Origin: Batkoa obscura
Lineage: Eukaryota
Direction: 5' to 3'
NCBI GenBank assembly: GCA_030770535.1
Contig: JASVEC010000011.1
Coordinates: 186,001 to 250,000 of the forward strand
Length of the DNA stretch: 64,000 bases
Made by a program: the position numbers and the translations under genes. This document shows positions 47,571 to 61,506 of this stretch, piece after piece; position 1 is the first letter of the stretch, and the number at the start of each line of letters is the position of its first letter. The notes beneath the pieces were generated by a model, which saw nothing but the letters and a program-made list of their open reading frames with translations, did not search any database and was not told the origin of the DNA.

Positions 47571-50500
47571 ATGGAAACCAATGGTTTAGATGTCTCATCT
47601 AGATATTGATTCAATTATTTGCCAAGTCTCTTAAAATACAATTCAGGAGTAGTATAACCAAGGAAAATGATTGGTTGAATAATATGATAACAACAAAGTA
47701 AAGAATTTCTAATAATCTCAGGTTATTTTCCTAGAAATTGGCATTTTAAAACATTATTTACGCCTAGAATGAAAGGTAAAGCCAGCCCAGGCATTTTTTT
47801 TTTCTTACTTCTTTCTCACTAATGGTCACATAAATTTATTATTAAACCATTTTTGCTATTGGCGTTATTCAAAATAGCCACTTACACACAAAAATTCTTT
47901 CTGTTTAAATATTGGTCGTTTTGAATACTTAACCCAATATGGAACTTACATACACACATAGAAAATAAAGCTTCACTTCTTCTGTTCTAATTTATAATTT
48001 AGATAATAGTTCTGATAATGAATCGCCTCTTGTTTCATATAATCATAACGGTGCTAGTAATTTAGCTTATAAAAGTGACAATTCCAGCGCTGATAGTTAT
48101 AACGAAATTAAAGGACTAGCAGACGAGGCATATGATGCTATGCAGGAAGAACTTGAAGAATCTGAAACAATATCTGATAAGAATTCTGAGACTAAACATG
48201 TTGCTTATAAAAATGTAAAACACTATCATATTAAAAAAAACCCTATACTAAAAATAACTGTATAGAATGAATCTGAATTCGATGACGATTCTCCTACTCC
48301 TTCTCCTTCTCCTTCTCCAGAAAACTCAGATGAGGAATATGTTGAGCCTTCTGCTCAAAGAAGGAGGAATAATTATACTAGAAGTACATCTAATTTAACT
48401 TTTCTTTTTAAATTTTAATCCGTCTTTCAGGACGAGCAGTTGTCAAAAGTGATTCTGAGGAAGAGGTAGCTAATGAAGCTTCTGATACTGATACTGATGA
48501 TTGGACTCCTTCTGGACGTAGTGCTAAGCGTAAAGGGGGTCGTAAAAACAAAAGTATTTACTTTAATTATACCTTTTTTCAATTAACTTAATGAATGTAT
48601 AGAGAAAGCATCTTTTTCTCCAGTGCGCGCATCAAATCGATCACGCAAAGTTACAAACTATAATGAAGATGATAATGAAGAAGAGTTGTCTGATGTAGAC
48701 TTCTTAGATGAAAGGCCTGTTATAGCTCAAGAAGCAGAAGAAGGTAGTAGCTATCTAGTTTAATAGTCTAAAGTGATCTAAGTTTATTTTAGGGGATGTT
48801 ATTGAGTCAGTTCATGACTACCGCTTTGCTGGTTCAGAGGGTAATAATATCTTAACTTGATAAGGCTTTCTTTCCTAACTTTTCATAGAACTAAGCAACC
48901 TCGCCTTTCCACAGAACATTGAATTTTTAGTCAAATGGAAAAATTGGAGTCATCTTCATAGAACTTGGGAGAATTTTAACTTTCTGAGAGAATTTAAAGG
49001 AAGTAAGAAAGTAGACAATTATGTAAAGAACGTCGCTGCTGTGGACATCTCTCTCCGTGAAGATCCTTCTGTCTCGAAAGAAGACCTTGAACAACGTAAT
49101 ATTAATATTGAAATGGAAAGAAGCGTCTTGGTTGATTATACTATGGTTGAAAGAATTGTTGCAAGAAGAGAAGTAACACCTTATGAAGAATGTGAATCGG
49201 GAACTCAATTTTTATGTAAATGGAAACGTTTGCCTTATGCTGGGTGCACCTGGGAGCCTTCTGAGATTATATCGGAAAAGTTCCAAGATAAAATTCAAGA
49301 GTTCTTAACTAGAAATCAGCACCGCAATATACCTTCCAGGGGAAAGACATATACTGCAAACAATAGACCTCCTTTTAAAAAATTGGATACTCAGCCTGAT
49401 TACCTCCCAGGGGGGACTCTGCGTGATTACCAGCTTCTTGGTGTTAATTGGATGGCTCATAAGTGGTCAAATAATGAGAATGGTATCTTGGCAGATGAGA
49501 TGGGGCTTGGAAAAACTATCCAAACTATATCATTCCTTTCATATTTATTTCATTCTCAGCAGCTTTATGGACCTTTCTTAGTTGTAGTGCCATTGTCTAC
49601 TATTGGTGCGTGGCACAGAGAATTTGGAAGATGGGGACCAGACATGAATACTATTTGTTATACAGGAGATGGAGAAAGCCGTAATGTACTTCGTGAGCAT
49701 GAATTTTATGTCCCCAAAACAAAAAAGCTAAAATTCAATGTCCTTCTTACTACTTTTGAACTGGTACTTAAAGATAGATTAGAACTAGGATCAATAAGAT
49801 GGGCCTTCTTAGCTGTAGATGAAGCCCATCGATTGAAAAATAGTGAATCACAGTTGCATGAAGCGCTTAAAGGATTCAATACTACCAACCGTATGCTTAT
49901 TACCGGTACTCCATTACAGAATTCGATAAAAGAACTTAGTGCATTAGTTCATTTCTTAATGCCAGATAAGTTTGATATAAGTGATGCCTATGATAACATC
50001 TTCACCGAGGAGTCAGAAGGTCAAGAAGAGAAAATTCGTGAATTGCATAACAAACTTGAAAGTTATATGCTTCGTCGACTTAAAAAGGATGTAGAGCATT
50101 CTTTGCCAAAAAAAACAGAGCTTACGCTTCGTGTTGAACTTACTCCCCTCCAAGTACATTATTATAAGAATATACTTGCCAAAAATTTTGCTGCTCTGAA
50201 CAAAGGCTCTAGTGGGGGTAATCAAATGAGTTTATTAAATGTCTGTGCTGAATTAAAAAAAGCAAGCAACCATCCTTATCTTTTTCCTAATGCTGAACCT
50301 CATGAAATTTCTCGCAAAGAGCAGCTTCATGGGTTAATTGCAAATAGTGGAAAAATGATGCTCCTCGACAAGTTACTTGATCGGTTAAAAGAAAACGGAT
50401 CAAGGGTCCTTATTTTCTCTCAAATGGTTCGTCTACTTGATATTTTGGCAGATTATTCAGCACTAAAAGGATACCCTTACCAAAGGCTAGATGGTAGTGT

Positions 50501-52247
50501 CGGGTCTGAAGCACGTAAAAAGTCGATTGAACATTTTAACGCTCCAGGATCTCCAGATTTTATTTTCCTTCTTTCAACTAGAGCTGGTGGCTTGGGTATC
50601 AATCTAGAAACTGCTGATACAGTAATCATTTTTGATTCTGATTGGAATCCACAGAATGATTTGCAAGCAATGGCTAGAGCACATCGTATTGGACAAAAAA
50701 AGCATGTCAATGTATATCGTTTCATCTCTAAAAGTACCATGGAAGAAGAAATTTTGGAAAGGGCTAAACGTAAGATGGTGCTTGAATTTTGCGTTATTAA
50801 TCAAATGGACACCTCTGGTCAAAAGATGTTACAAAAAGGACCATCTGCCAACAAAAACAATCCATTTAGTAGAGAGGAACTTCAAGCTATCCTTAAGTTT
50901 GGTGCTGCACGTATGTTTAATGGTGATGAGACAAAAAATAAAAGTTCTGAACTTTCTCTGGATGAGATTCTTTCTTCTGCTGAAAAAACAGAAACAACAA
51001 TGGGTCAAACGTCTCTTAATGGTGGTGAAGCTTTTCTAAAACAATTTGAAGTGGCCGATTATGAAGATGATGGTATGGCATGGGACCAAATCATTCCTGA
51101 GCACGAGCGTACTAAAGTCGAGGAAGAAGAGGGAAGTATTGGGGCTGAAAATTTATTGGGATCACGTCAACGTAAGCAGGTTAACTATCAAATAGACAAT
51201 AGCACTGTGGTACCAAACAATGGAGCTACAAACCCCAAACCACGTAAAAGCAAAAATATTGCCCTTACAACTAAGGATCTCCGAGCCATTTATCGTGGGC
51301 TGTTGAAGTTTGGAAACATCCCTGAACGCTTCGACAGTATAATTACCGAGGGAAATCTTTCACATATTGATCGTGCCACCCTTATTTCTAAAATGAACTC
51401 TATTGTTTCTATGTGTCAAGACTATGAAGAAGCAAACCGACCTCTTCAATCACGGAAAGCTCATCTTTTAGAATTTGAAGGTTTAGATGGTATTAACGTT
51501 CAATCAGTCCTTCAAAGGGTTTATGATTTTCCTTTACTTCATGATTATATGGTCAGTCATAATAAATCAAACATTCATCTTCGAATGGAAATTCGTCCAG
51601 TAACCAACTGGAGTGTTGATTGGGGAATAGAAGACGACGAACGTCTTTTATTAGGTATTTATCGACATGGGTTTGGTAATTGGGCCAAAATCAAAGAAGA
51701 TCCTACTTTAAAGCTATCTAAGAAGCTATTTTTATCAGACTCAGATGTTCCTAATGTGCCAAGGCCTACTCATTTAGTACGCCGTGGAGAATATCTTCTT
51801 AAGACGTTTGCTAAATACGTAGAGGAAAAAGCTAAAAGGAAGACCTCTAAGCATAAGAGAAGTATTGATCAAGGATCATCAGATATTGTAAATAAAGGAA
51901 GCAAAAAATCTAAAACTAGTGAACAAAATGGATTCCATTCCAACGATACTAACGCTGAGGAGGTACCTGATGATAAAGAGTGTATCAAGATATTAAGACC
52001 AGTTAAAAGAGAGCTTCGTAAACTTCGAGATGAAGCTAAGTTAGCTAACGGGCAAGAAAAAGTCCAAATTATTAAAGCATGCCTGCCTAAAATTGGAAAG
52101 CACATTGAAGCGATACTTGGTGGATTACATAAATCAACTGATCATCGTCAATGGAAGAAAGCTTTATGGGGTAGCGTTGCAGCATTTTGGCCCAATCAAG
52201 TTACTGCAAGTAAAGTTTATAGCATCTATGAAAAGTTAAGAATTTAA
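47571..52247 (+). CDS. CHD1: Chromodomain-helicase-DNA-binding protein 1; several small 5' exons plus one ~3.4-kb exon; start codon uncertain
   Basis: Tandem chromodomains (FLVKWKNWSHLHRTWE, FLCKWKRLPYAGCTWE), GILADEMGLGKT, DEAH, QAMARAHRIGQ, SANT-SLIDE (WGIEDDERLLLGIYRHGFGNW), C-terminal DUF4208-like domain. Clear exons start at ~48003; the ATG at 47571 is tentative. Confidence 0.95.
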
Positions 52248-52955
52248 ACTTGAATATCTACACAACTGATGTCAATTATATTTAAAAGACAATTTTATAT
52301 ACACTATAGGAAATTCAAAACAGCAATTTTATCAACAATATTCTTTCATTTATAAACCACCTTCTCTAATATTATAATAAAAAAATGATAAGATAAATTT
52401 ATAAGATTTTCATTTTAATAGAATATTTGTTTAAGCTCTTCCTCTACTTCTTTGGAATGAATCAGCCCAAACAAACAAAGGCTCTTACGGAAAGTTTCTT
52501 TGGTTCGGGTGCCTCTGTTGATGTTGATACCTCACTCTTAAATCATATTCTACCTGCTATATTGACTTAATAAACATTGCCTCAGGCACCTATTTTCTAA
52601 AAACAATAAAAACAACAAGTTTTTTTGTATTTAATCATACTAATAATGTGAGTACATTTTTTAAGAAGATTAATAATCTTTTTAAATTTTATACTAGATA
52701 AAATATGAACAAAACGCTGAAACAAAAAAGATATTCCCACGCAATATTTTACAATTGCATCTTGTTTCATTGTTTAGCTATCATTGTTTTTAAGTTTTAT
52801 ATTAGATAAAAAAATGGTCAAATACTGAAACGAAAAAACCCATTCATGTCTTAAACACAGCGCTTTTATAAATATTTCCCTAAGCATGCATTCTAAAAAA
52901 TAAAAATTTAAAGTAATTGTATTTTATTCATATAGATAGTATGATATGTAAAATC

Positions 52956-54206
52956 TTAGACGCGGCAGTTCAATAAGCCTTTGTAATTGAAGATACCAGT
53001 CATTAATAAAGAACCAGTTGTGCCATCAGAGGCAGCAGAGGTAGTTGAAGATAAATTACCACCATCATCAATGATAACAGTATCAACTTTGTATTTATCA
53101 CCTGAGCTTGTAGCGTTACTTAACTTAGCAACGATTGATTTTGTTAACTTTGATCTGTAATCACCAAATGAACCCCAAGAATCAATGATAGACAAATCGA
53201 TAGGGATCCCAGCGATATAGACTTGGCCAGTTAAAGGGTCAGACTTCAATCCGATTGGGCTAAAGTTAACGGTTACAGTATCCTTTTTGGACAACTTATT
53301 TGTTTTTGGATTTCTATCAAATATATGAATCTTTCCTCTAAAGGATTCAGCTAAATAGAGGTTCTTCTTATTAGGAGATAATGTAATTCCATTTGTTAAC
53401 TTAAAACCATTTTGAATTTCGCTATAATTGTTGGCTTCATCTTTAAACATGACTTTACCACCTTCAATTAACCCTAATGATTCCATATAATTCATTAGAC
53501 CGTTGACATGAGATAAATCTTGAGTGTAATAAAAGGAGGTAGGAGTTACAGCTGCAACGTTTGATACTAGCTTTAATTTATCGTCTTCAAAAGACTCAAT
53601 CCAAGTAATAGAATCAGTACCTTAAATTCAATTGTAAATGAAATAAAATAAATATAACAAAGTAAGCTTACCAATTTTATGAACAAAGTGCTCAACAGTA
53701 TCTTTTCCACCTTCTCTATGGTTAACAGTTAAAAAGTGAATCTTATTTTTGTCTTTAGGATCAGTAATAACATCAGAGCCATGAGTAAAAAAGTCTACAT
53801 TTTCTGGGAAACTTTTTAATTGTAATTTCTTTGCTTCTTTATTTTTCAAGTCATACGCATAAATAAAACTACGTTTTCCTAATACTATTTTATCTCTTGG
53901 GTTATATAAAAGGCTAATAAAATTTTTATAGTAATAATAATCCTCAGGACAACCCACAAAAGCAAACCCTGATGCCCCATGAACAGTAATATCTGCACAA
54001 CCCTTTATTTCTATAAAATTAGTTAATTTTAGTATGATATATTACCCAAATATTAAGTTTATACCTTTAACTCTATCGCAGTTATCGAATTCCGATTGGT
54101 TATAACCTTTAAATAAAGATTCTCTGTATATAATTCTTACAACATCAAACAAAAAATAAGCAATAATTGCTAAGAAAGTAGACGCAATATTGAATTTTAA
54201 ACCCAT
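52956..54206 (-). CDS. Paraoxonase/arylesterase-like six-bladed beta-propeller (3 exons)
   Basis: N-terminal signal anchor, GCADI, FFTHG, LTVNHR..TVEHF, AAVTPTSFYYTQD, TNGITLSP..LYLAES; introns ~54013-54064 and ~53622-53671. Confidence 0.8.
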
Positions 54207-55381
54207 TTTAATTTAATTTAAGAGAGAATTTAAGGAAAAGTTTGCCTTTTTATATGCTCCTATTTAACCCTGTTTAATATAGAGCTTAATATAACTTTTG
54301 TTGTTTGCACATTTTTTAACGTTTACCCCTTAATCTTTTTATTTTGTTTTAGTATTTTTTGTATCATACACTTTTCTCCATTTTAATTAAAATTTTGATT
54401 TACATTTTTTAATTTAATCTTAAAAGATGCTATTAAAGCCTCGATATACGAAAATATTGATAAGCTGATATTAAAATGAACTATATACGATAAAATTCGT
54501 ATATTATATTTTTCTTTGAAACTTTTATTTCATACAATCGAAGCTTTAATATTAACTTTTTATTGTTTTTAATATTATCTTAACTTACTTCCGCCCCTTT
54601 TGTATTTTATTTCAGCGCCCCTTACCTGTCGTATCCTTAAATTTATAATATAAATAATAGAATAGCAAATAATAATTGAGGGTGTATAAAAAAAAGAGCA
54701 GTGAAAAATCTGATCAAGTTAAAATTGGTGGGCAAAAACAAATAAAATTTACTAAATAGTAGGCAAATAGGTATTAAGCTTGTTTAATTTTTGTCAAAGC
54801 TGTCTTGAAATAAGTTCTACCCTCCTATATCCCTATTATTAGTACCCATCCTTATTGTATTTACTTTTTTATTGAACCTTAACTTCTTAAATATCCTTAT
54901 TTTTTATTACTATTTAAAGGCTAATATAAAACAACAAGGTATTAAGCGATAATATAATAAATGATTTATATTAAGTGTTAATGTATTAAATATTTAAGTT
55001 AGTTTTATCAAAAGTGATAATCTTGTACCAAAATAGTTTTCTAAAAGTATTGCTAATTAAGCAGACAAAAGCATTATTTAATAAATAATATTAGCATTAA
55101 GTCATAAAGCAATATAATAAATATGCTAGTTTATGAATGTAGTATTAAATACAACCACCCATATTAATTTTTACGTTAAATTAAATTTATAATTAATCTT
55201 TATTTAATATTTTACAATATTGGTTAACCTTTTTTTACGATATAAAAATAGAAATATCAGACAATTAAAGTAATGGCTGCTCTAAATGAAATTAACTGTA
55301 ATAGCTAAGATATTAAAATTACGTAAAACTAGTAATAAAACCAAATACGTTATAATTTTTATTAATGACGTAAATGTGTTA

Positions 55382-57352
55382 CTAATGAAAATCTTCAGGA
55401 ACTTGTTCTTAAATCTTATAAGGATTAAAAGCGGCTCTGGAAGCATACTGTTTATAACATCTAGCTGGATTCCAAGTGAACTCTAAGGGGCAAAGTTCCC
55501 TAAATTTATTAGAGTAAGGTTCCCCAATGGCGAGATAGACACCACCTTTAGCTGGAAACGGTTGTGGAGGAGTTAGGTCTTTATCTAACCTAAAAAGTTT
55601 TAAATTCACAAGGAGATCGATAAGAGAGCTTACAGTCCTACTGGTAGTGGATGTAGTAGTAACTTATTTGTGTTTAAGACCATCCAACGGATAGCTTTTT
55701 GTATTATGAAATCCTTGAAAGTCATTACTTAATAAAGCATAAGTTGAGCGATGGATAGAATCGGAAACTAAAGCAATGTCTTCAGTCTTAAATGGCTATT
55801 TTTTGTCAACTAACAAAGATCCTAAAATATTTTCATCACGTTTACCTTGTAATTTAGGGGTGTATTGGCTATCTCTATTAAGACCATGGTGATAAGCCTT
55901 AATTTCAATAAAGGCATCCTCTGACAAGAACGGCTTGCCACCAGGCTGATTATAGCGTCTTGGAGGGAAAAAATTGGAGTCTTTGTGTCTAGTAAGTTTC
56001 GTAAGTAATAGAAAATGGTACATGTTAGTATTAAAGAATTTAGTGGTAGTATTTGGAAAAAGGTAATCAAGTATATTACATCCCCAGAAAATAACACCAG
56101 CACCATTGTTATTTAAATCTATGCTTTATTTTTCAACTTTTTGATCTCCCAAGATTTAGATCTTTTACAAATTTCATCAAACTATTTAGGGTTTTCTAAA
56201 GTTGAAAAGGCAGAAATATGTACAGCGTCTATATTATCTGGTGGAATACAAGTCTTAATGTAAGTGCCATTAACTGCTAGGGTTAAAAGCGGATCATCTA
56301 ATCTTAAAGCAGGTGTTTAAATTGGAATATCAATTATAATTTTCCTTACTTCTAGTACTTCTAATAACTGAGGTTCATTATTATTTTTACTTTGGTTATA
56401 AATAGGTGTAGTTACAGAATAGTTGTCTCCATAAAAAGACTGGGAGCTATTAAATAGGAGTGGTACATCTAAGGTAGCAATATAAAGCACAATAATCTCC
56501 TTTTCTTCATCATCAGTTCGGGCTCTAAAAGTTAATGTTTCCTTTACTGGGGGAATTATGATAGAAGCAAAAGCATCGTATATGATACCCCACTTAATGT
56601 TACTTTAAATAGAACGTGTGAAAGCATAACTTACTTGAGAGTTGGCATCTCTTGGCATACCAACATATTCTAAAGGCTGTTCACCATTAACAACTAAGGC
56701 TTTGGCACCAATATAGCTTAATACATTAACCCCAGGAGTTTTCCAAGCATCAAGAATACTTTATGAGTGTTTTAGATTTTGAAGTATTTTGGCTTTGATG
56801 TTATCCCACTTGTCTTCTTCAGGGTATAGCGGAAATGGCTGTCTAAAGGTACAAATAGAAAAACAACCTACTTTGTATCTAGTATAGCCATCTACTGAAG
56901 TGTTAAAAATTTAGTTACAGAAACACCAGATTCATATTCAGAGCTATCTTTTCTAGCTAATGCCTTGTTTAATTCAACTTTAATATCAACATAGCTGGAT
57001 ACTTTTGAATCTAGTGATCTTTTGGCAATATCAATAAAGACATGGAGGGGAAAGATCTTTACTAAAGTATTTGAAGCGCCATTGCGTACATCATCAGTTG
57101 ATTTAAAGCTATTAAAATAGGCAAGCACATATTTATAGCCAGCCACTGATTTATTTGCTATTTTGGTACATGGATCTATATTTTCGATATTAAGTTGGCT
57201 AAAAAATATGGGGATGTTTTTTTGGTTTCATTGCTTTTTCCGTTTTTTAAGCGTTATTTGAGCGGAAAGATTGCTAGTAAAATTCTTAAACAAAAAAAAC
57301 ATCCCCATATAGTACTAAGTAAAGCTTCTAAAGGGAGGAAATTAAGAAGCAT
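55382..57352 (-). pseudogene. Full-length pseudogene paralogue of the S41 peptidase at 292-2196
   Basis: Colinear fragments (DPCTKIANKSV, IDIAKRSLD, FRQPFPLY, DLNNNGAG, YNQPGGKPF, LEFTWNPA, FNPYKI*) with multiple stops and frameshifts, plus a MITE in the signal-peptide codons. Confidence 0.92.
57210..57306 (+). mobile_element. MITE copy inserted in the S41 pseudogene
   Basis: ggggatgtttttt...aaaaaacatcccc; TSD atat/atat. Confidence 0.95.
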
Positions 57353-58692
57353 ACTAAATAGATGATAGTTTTATATAGTAGTTTTATGGCTTTCGTTATT
57401 TTAACTAACTTATATATCTGTTTTCTAAGGCGAATATCCCTATTGTTAGAATTTTTTAATTTTTTAATAAACATGGCTCCAATGATTTTAGTATGATTAG
57501 ACATTCTTAGTTCTCTTGTCTAATTCATTGTATTTATTTTAAGATGATATTGAAACTATTTAAATTAATAATAGTGTAATAATAATCCAATCAATGATTT
57601 TTTTCAAGTAGCTTAATTTTATTATTTCATGATACAGGATAATACTTTCAACTATTGTTTTCACAATGAGGCTTATTTAACTAAATTTTTTTATTTTATT
57701 AATTTAAAACTAAACTGAATATTGGTATACGAGTAGTTATGCTTCTTTTGCTATATTTTTTCTCAAGGATTTCAAGAAAAATCTTGGAGGTTACAAATAA
57801 ATTAGGTGGTAACTTACAAAACCTATATATTGTGATGTGTTGTCACGAGACTAAAAAGATCTCTAATCTTGTACTATTTCTAGATTTTTATTGAAGTGCA
57901 TCATTATCAAAACTGTTATTAATATACAAAACATATATCCCGATTGATCTTTTTAGAGGCAATAGATCTAAAAATATAACAAGTCCAAATAATCATTTTA
58001 ATTTACATGTATACTATTTGTGGTTACTATGGTTTATTTAATTTATAAATATAAAAAGTTCTACGTATTCACAAATAACTAGAAGCACTATAGATAATAT
58101 TAAAGTAAAAGTGGATTAATTTTTTTTAAAAGTATGTCAAATTTGCATACTATATGAAAATTATTAAATTTGAACTTTATACCGGATAAGTTAATTAAGC
58201 TTAATTCCTTATTAAACCTTAGCTATGATTCAACCCAAAGATTATGTAATAAGTGTAATAATTTTGAATAAGTTTATATGGTGATAAATGGTCCGAAAAT
58301 AATTTAGATTGGTTTTTAATCTAATTTGCTTTTTTAACACTAGTAAAAATTTGTTTTGCATTTTGTTAGCATTTTATCGCGTTTTCTTTGGACTGACTGT
58401 TATTTTTGTATTGAATCAAATATTTATGTCTTTTTTAATATCTAGAAAGGCTTAAAACTTCAAGTGTTTTGTTTTAATAAAAACAAAAATAAAGATACTT
58501 ATTAGAAGGATTTAAAAGTATGAGTTTTAATTTTTGATTTTTTCACAATCTTAATGTTGTATGTTTCATTGGCTATTTTACAAATCCTTGCTGTTCTAGG
58601 GATAAACTGTGAATGGAAAATGCAATTTGGAACAATTAGTTTATAAATTCTAAATTTAGTAGAATATTTGCTTTTTGATGCCTTTTATAAAG

Positions 58693-60053
58693 ATGAAATT
58701 AAAATTTGATTACTTGTCGGAGATTTTGCTAGAGGAAATATTTAAATTTGTAGATCCAAAAGAGCTGTTTGAATTTCGTTTTATAAGTATTTATTTAAGA
58801 TCGTAAATAATGCTATTAGGTACAACCTAACCTTTTCAATTTATCATCAAATTGACTTTAGTATATTTGGCAAATACATCAATTGATCTAATAAATATCA
58901 AATTACCAGGAAATATTTATCAAAGAAAATAGATCGTTAATCAAGCATTTGAATATAAATGAAGATAGTTTGGATTATTTGACTTACTGCCCAAATATCA
59001 TGTCATTAAGCTATTATGCTATTGGCTATAGTCAATATAGTAGTTTAGGAATTCAAGTATCAAAATTAAGGAAATTAACAATAAACTTAGCAACCAATAA
59101 TTCAACTCAGGTATTTAACCTTTTCAGTGCTTATTTAAACCAAATTGAGGTAATCGAAGCTTATGGATTTTGCGAAGTTTTCAATAATAGTGTTAAACAT
59201 TTAAATCCAGATAAAATAAAATCCATTTTAGTTCACTCTGGCAGAACTTTATAGATTGATGGTTTAGTATAGTTAAAGCTAAATTTAACAAGCTAACAAA
59301 TTCATGTTTAGAGGCTGCAGGCAGCATCCATACACCCACTAGATTTATTCCAAATTTAAATTTTGTTTCTCAGGTAGAATTAGAAATAAAAGGGGATTTT
59401 AATGAATGGTTTGATATTTGCTGCTTTGGAGATCAAAAGGAGATCAAAAATGTTAGATTAATTGACACTGAAGGTTCTTATTTTCGAATAGGAAACTACA
59501 ACAACATTTTAATCGAAAAAAGTAATTATGTTGCTTTAGGACATTTTAATTTAGAATACTCAGTTAATTTTAATTTAATGCAATCATATATACCTTAAGT
59601 GAAGTGTATATTAAAGATATTACTGATGATTTTTTAGAATTAATAACCTCATTGCCAAATGTTAAAAGTATTCATTTTTGTTCTATAAAATTTGTCACTG
59701 GTGATATTGTTGAAGAGTACACAAGTTATGGGAGTTATGGGGGTTATTTTTTCAAAAAGCGTATGATGAAAATTATATCATTGATGAGAGCTTACCTAGA
59801 TCTAGATTTGTGAAAAAGATCACAATTATTAAGTTTATTGGTTTGTAAAAAATTTATCTATTCAGTATATTTTTTTCCAAACCTTGAAGTGATTAAAGTC
59901 CAGGATTTTCTTTTAAGAGGTCTTCATGAGGAAATTGATTTTAAGCTTGTTACTCCGGTATTAATTATTATGCCTATAGAATCGCATATGACTCTGAAAT
60001 ATTATGACAAATTAAAAAAGAATATCCCAATGTTAAGTTGGATGAAATTGTAA
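58693..60053 (+). pseudogene. F-box/LRR-like pseudogene, paralogue of 62606-63889
   Basis: MKLKFDYLSEILLEEIFKFVDPKELFEFR, YCPNIMSL, NLFSAYLNQIEV, LGHFNLEY and FPNLEVIKV match the intact gene but are broken by stops and frameshifts. Confidence 0.85.
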
Positions 60054-60789
60054 TAGACTGCTGGTTAGCCTATAATTTTTTTTTGGTCATTATAAAGTAT
60101 CTTATAGCCCTTTTTCCAACCTTTTATGTTTTTATTCAACTATTTACATTTCGGTCATTAATAATTTATTGTATGAAAAAAATGTATTAGTAAATAATTC
60201 TATTATTCAAATTTTGTTTTACCTTATAATGTATTTATCTTGAATATTAAAAATAATTTTTGAAAGCACAAAGTTTTTAGTCAAAACAATATAAATGTCA
60301 ATGTACTTACATATGAAGATGAGTTATTAGTACATTTATTTATTATACATGCAACTGTTTCATTTATTACCTCGTCTTTCAAATCATAGCTGCCCAACTG
60401 CTTTTATAAAACGCATACGGCTGTTTATGAATTAGCTGTTAGATATTGATTTGTATAAAAAGTTAAAAGACATCTTATTTGTGTAATTTTTATATAAAAA
60501 ACCAAACTTTGTTAAAGATCATTCTTAGTTGTATTAATATAATCGAGCTGATAGTAGATAAAATTATAGAATAATTATTTAATAACCGTTTTTTAATTAT
60601 AATTGAAAATGCAATAATCAGTGAGCACAACTTAAGATAAAGATGTAAATTAACAAGCAACTCTTGAATTAAGAATATAATAGATATTATGACATAAGCT
60701 AAATTTAAGCTTAAGACATAATTATAGAAATAAACAATATAACAGTATTCAATTATCGTAAGTTTAAGAGTCCAGCTTTTAGATCTAAT

Positions 60790-61200
60790 AAGATAGGCTA
60801 ACGCTTTATGGAATACTATCCATCACCCACTAAACTTAAAGCAGGATATTAGTACGATTCGTATAACTCAAGGGATTGTAGTCAATTCAATGAAAAGCCT
60901 TTACTGAATTTAAGGCCTTTTACTATATTCTTGACAGAAATAGTAAATATACTTCAAAGCCCTAAGATAAATACGATGAAAACGGTTTAAGATCTTTACT
61001 AAGTAATGCAAGACAAGTATCTAGAGCCAGAAAGGTTGCTCTAGTTCCTAATTATATCTACCATTCTATATGTACGTTTTTAAGTAATTATCTTCATGAG
61101 CTTTAAAATATAAAAGTTATGCATTCGGTGCCCTAAAACATAGAAAAGTTATTCCTGGGCCTCTTTATGGTGGTACTTGTTAAATAGTTTGGCCAATCTC
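60790..61200 (+). pseudogene. Third, highly decayed S41 peptidase fragment (C-terminal part)
   Basis: + frame from ~60933: DRNSKYTSKP*DKYDENGLRSLLSN..VALVPNYIYHSICTFLSNYLHEL*NIKSYAFGALKH..GGT aligns with NRNSQYTPQFQEKCDTNPLRSLLIN..IALISNSICYSTCTLLSNGMQEFHDVKSYAFGGLKH..GGT. Confidence 0.75.
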
Positions 61201-61408
61201 TTTCGAGTTTAAATCTTTACTCATAATGTTTAACATTCTTCACTTATTAAGATCGAATTTTAACAAAGTAAAAATTCCCCTCTTGAAACTGCACATATAT
61301 TTCTCATCTGTACCGGGGGGTAAGTTTAATAAAAGATATTCACTTTCATAAACTATCTCTTTTAACATTTATTTATAAAACTCTTACTATAGAAAATAAA
61401 TATCATTT

Positions 61409-61506
61409 GTGAATGTTTTTTGGTTTCATCGCTTTTTCCATTTTTTTAAGCACTATTTGAGTGGAAAGATTGTTAGTAAAATCCTCAAACAAAAAAACAT
61501 ATCCCC
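61409..61506 (+). mobile_element. MITE copy
   Basis: Degenerate left end gtgaatgtttt, right end aaacatatcccc; TSD attt/attt. Confidence 0.88.

Noticed and set aside
48927..52105. Short antisense and alternate-frame ORFs within CHD1
   Set aside because: Expected by-products of a long, moderately GC-rich exon; no motifs
52500..52592. TPP riboswitch (GGTGC-CTGAG motif on the minus strand)
   Set aside because: Lacks the UGAU...UAAU...GCG core and is not in a thiamine gene
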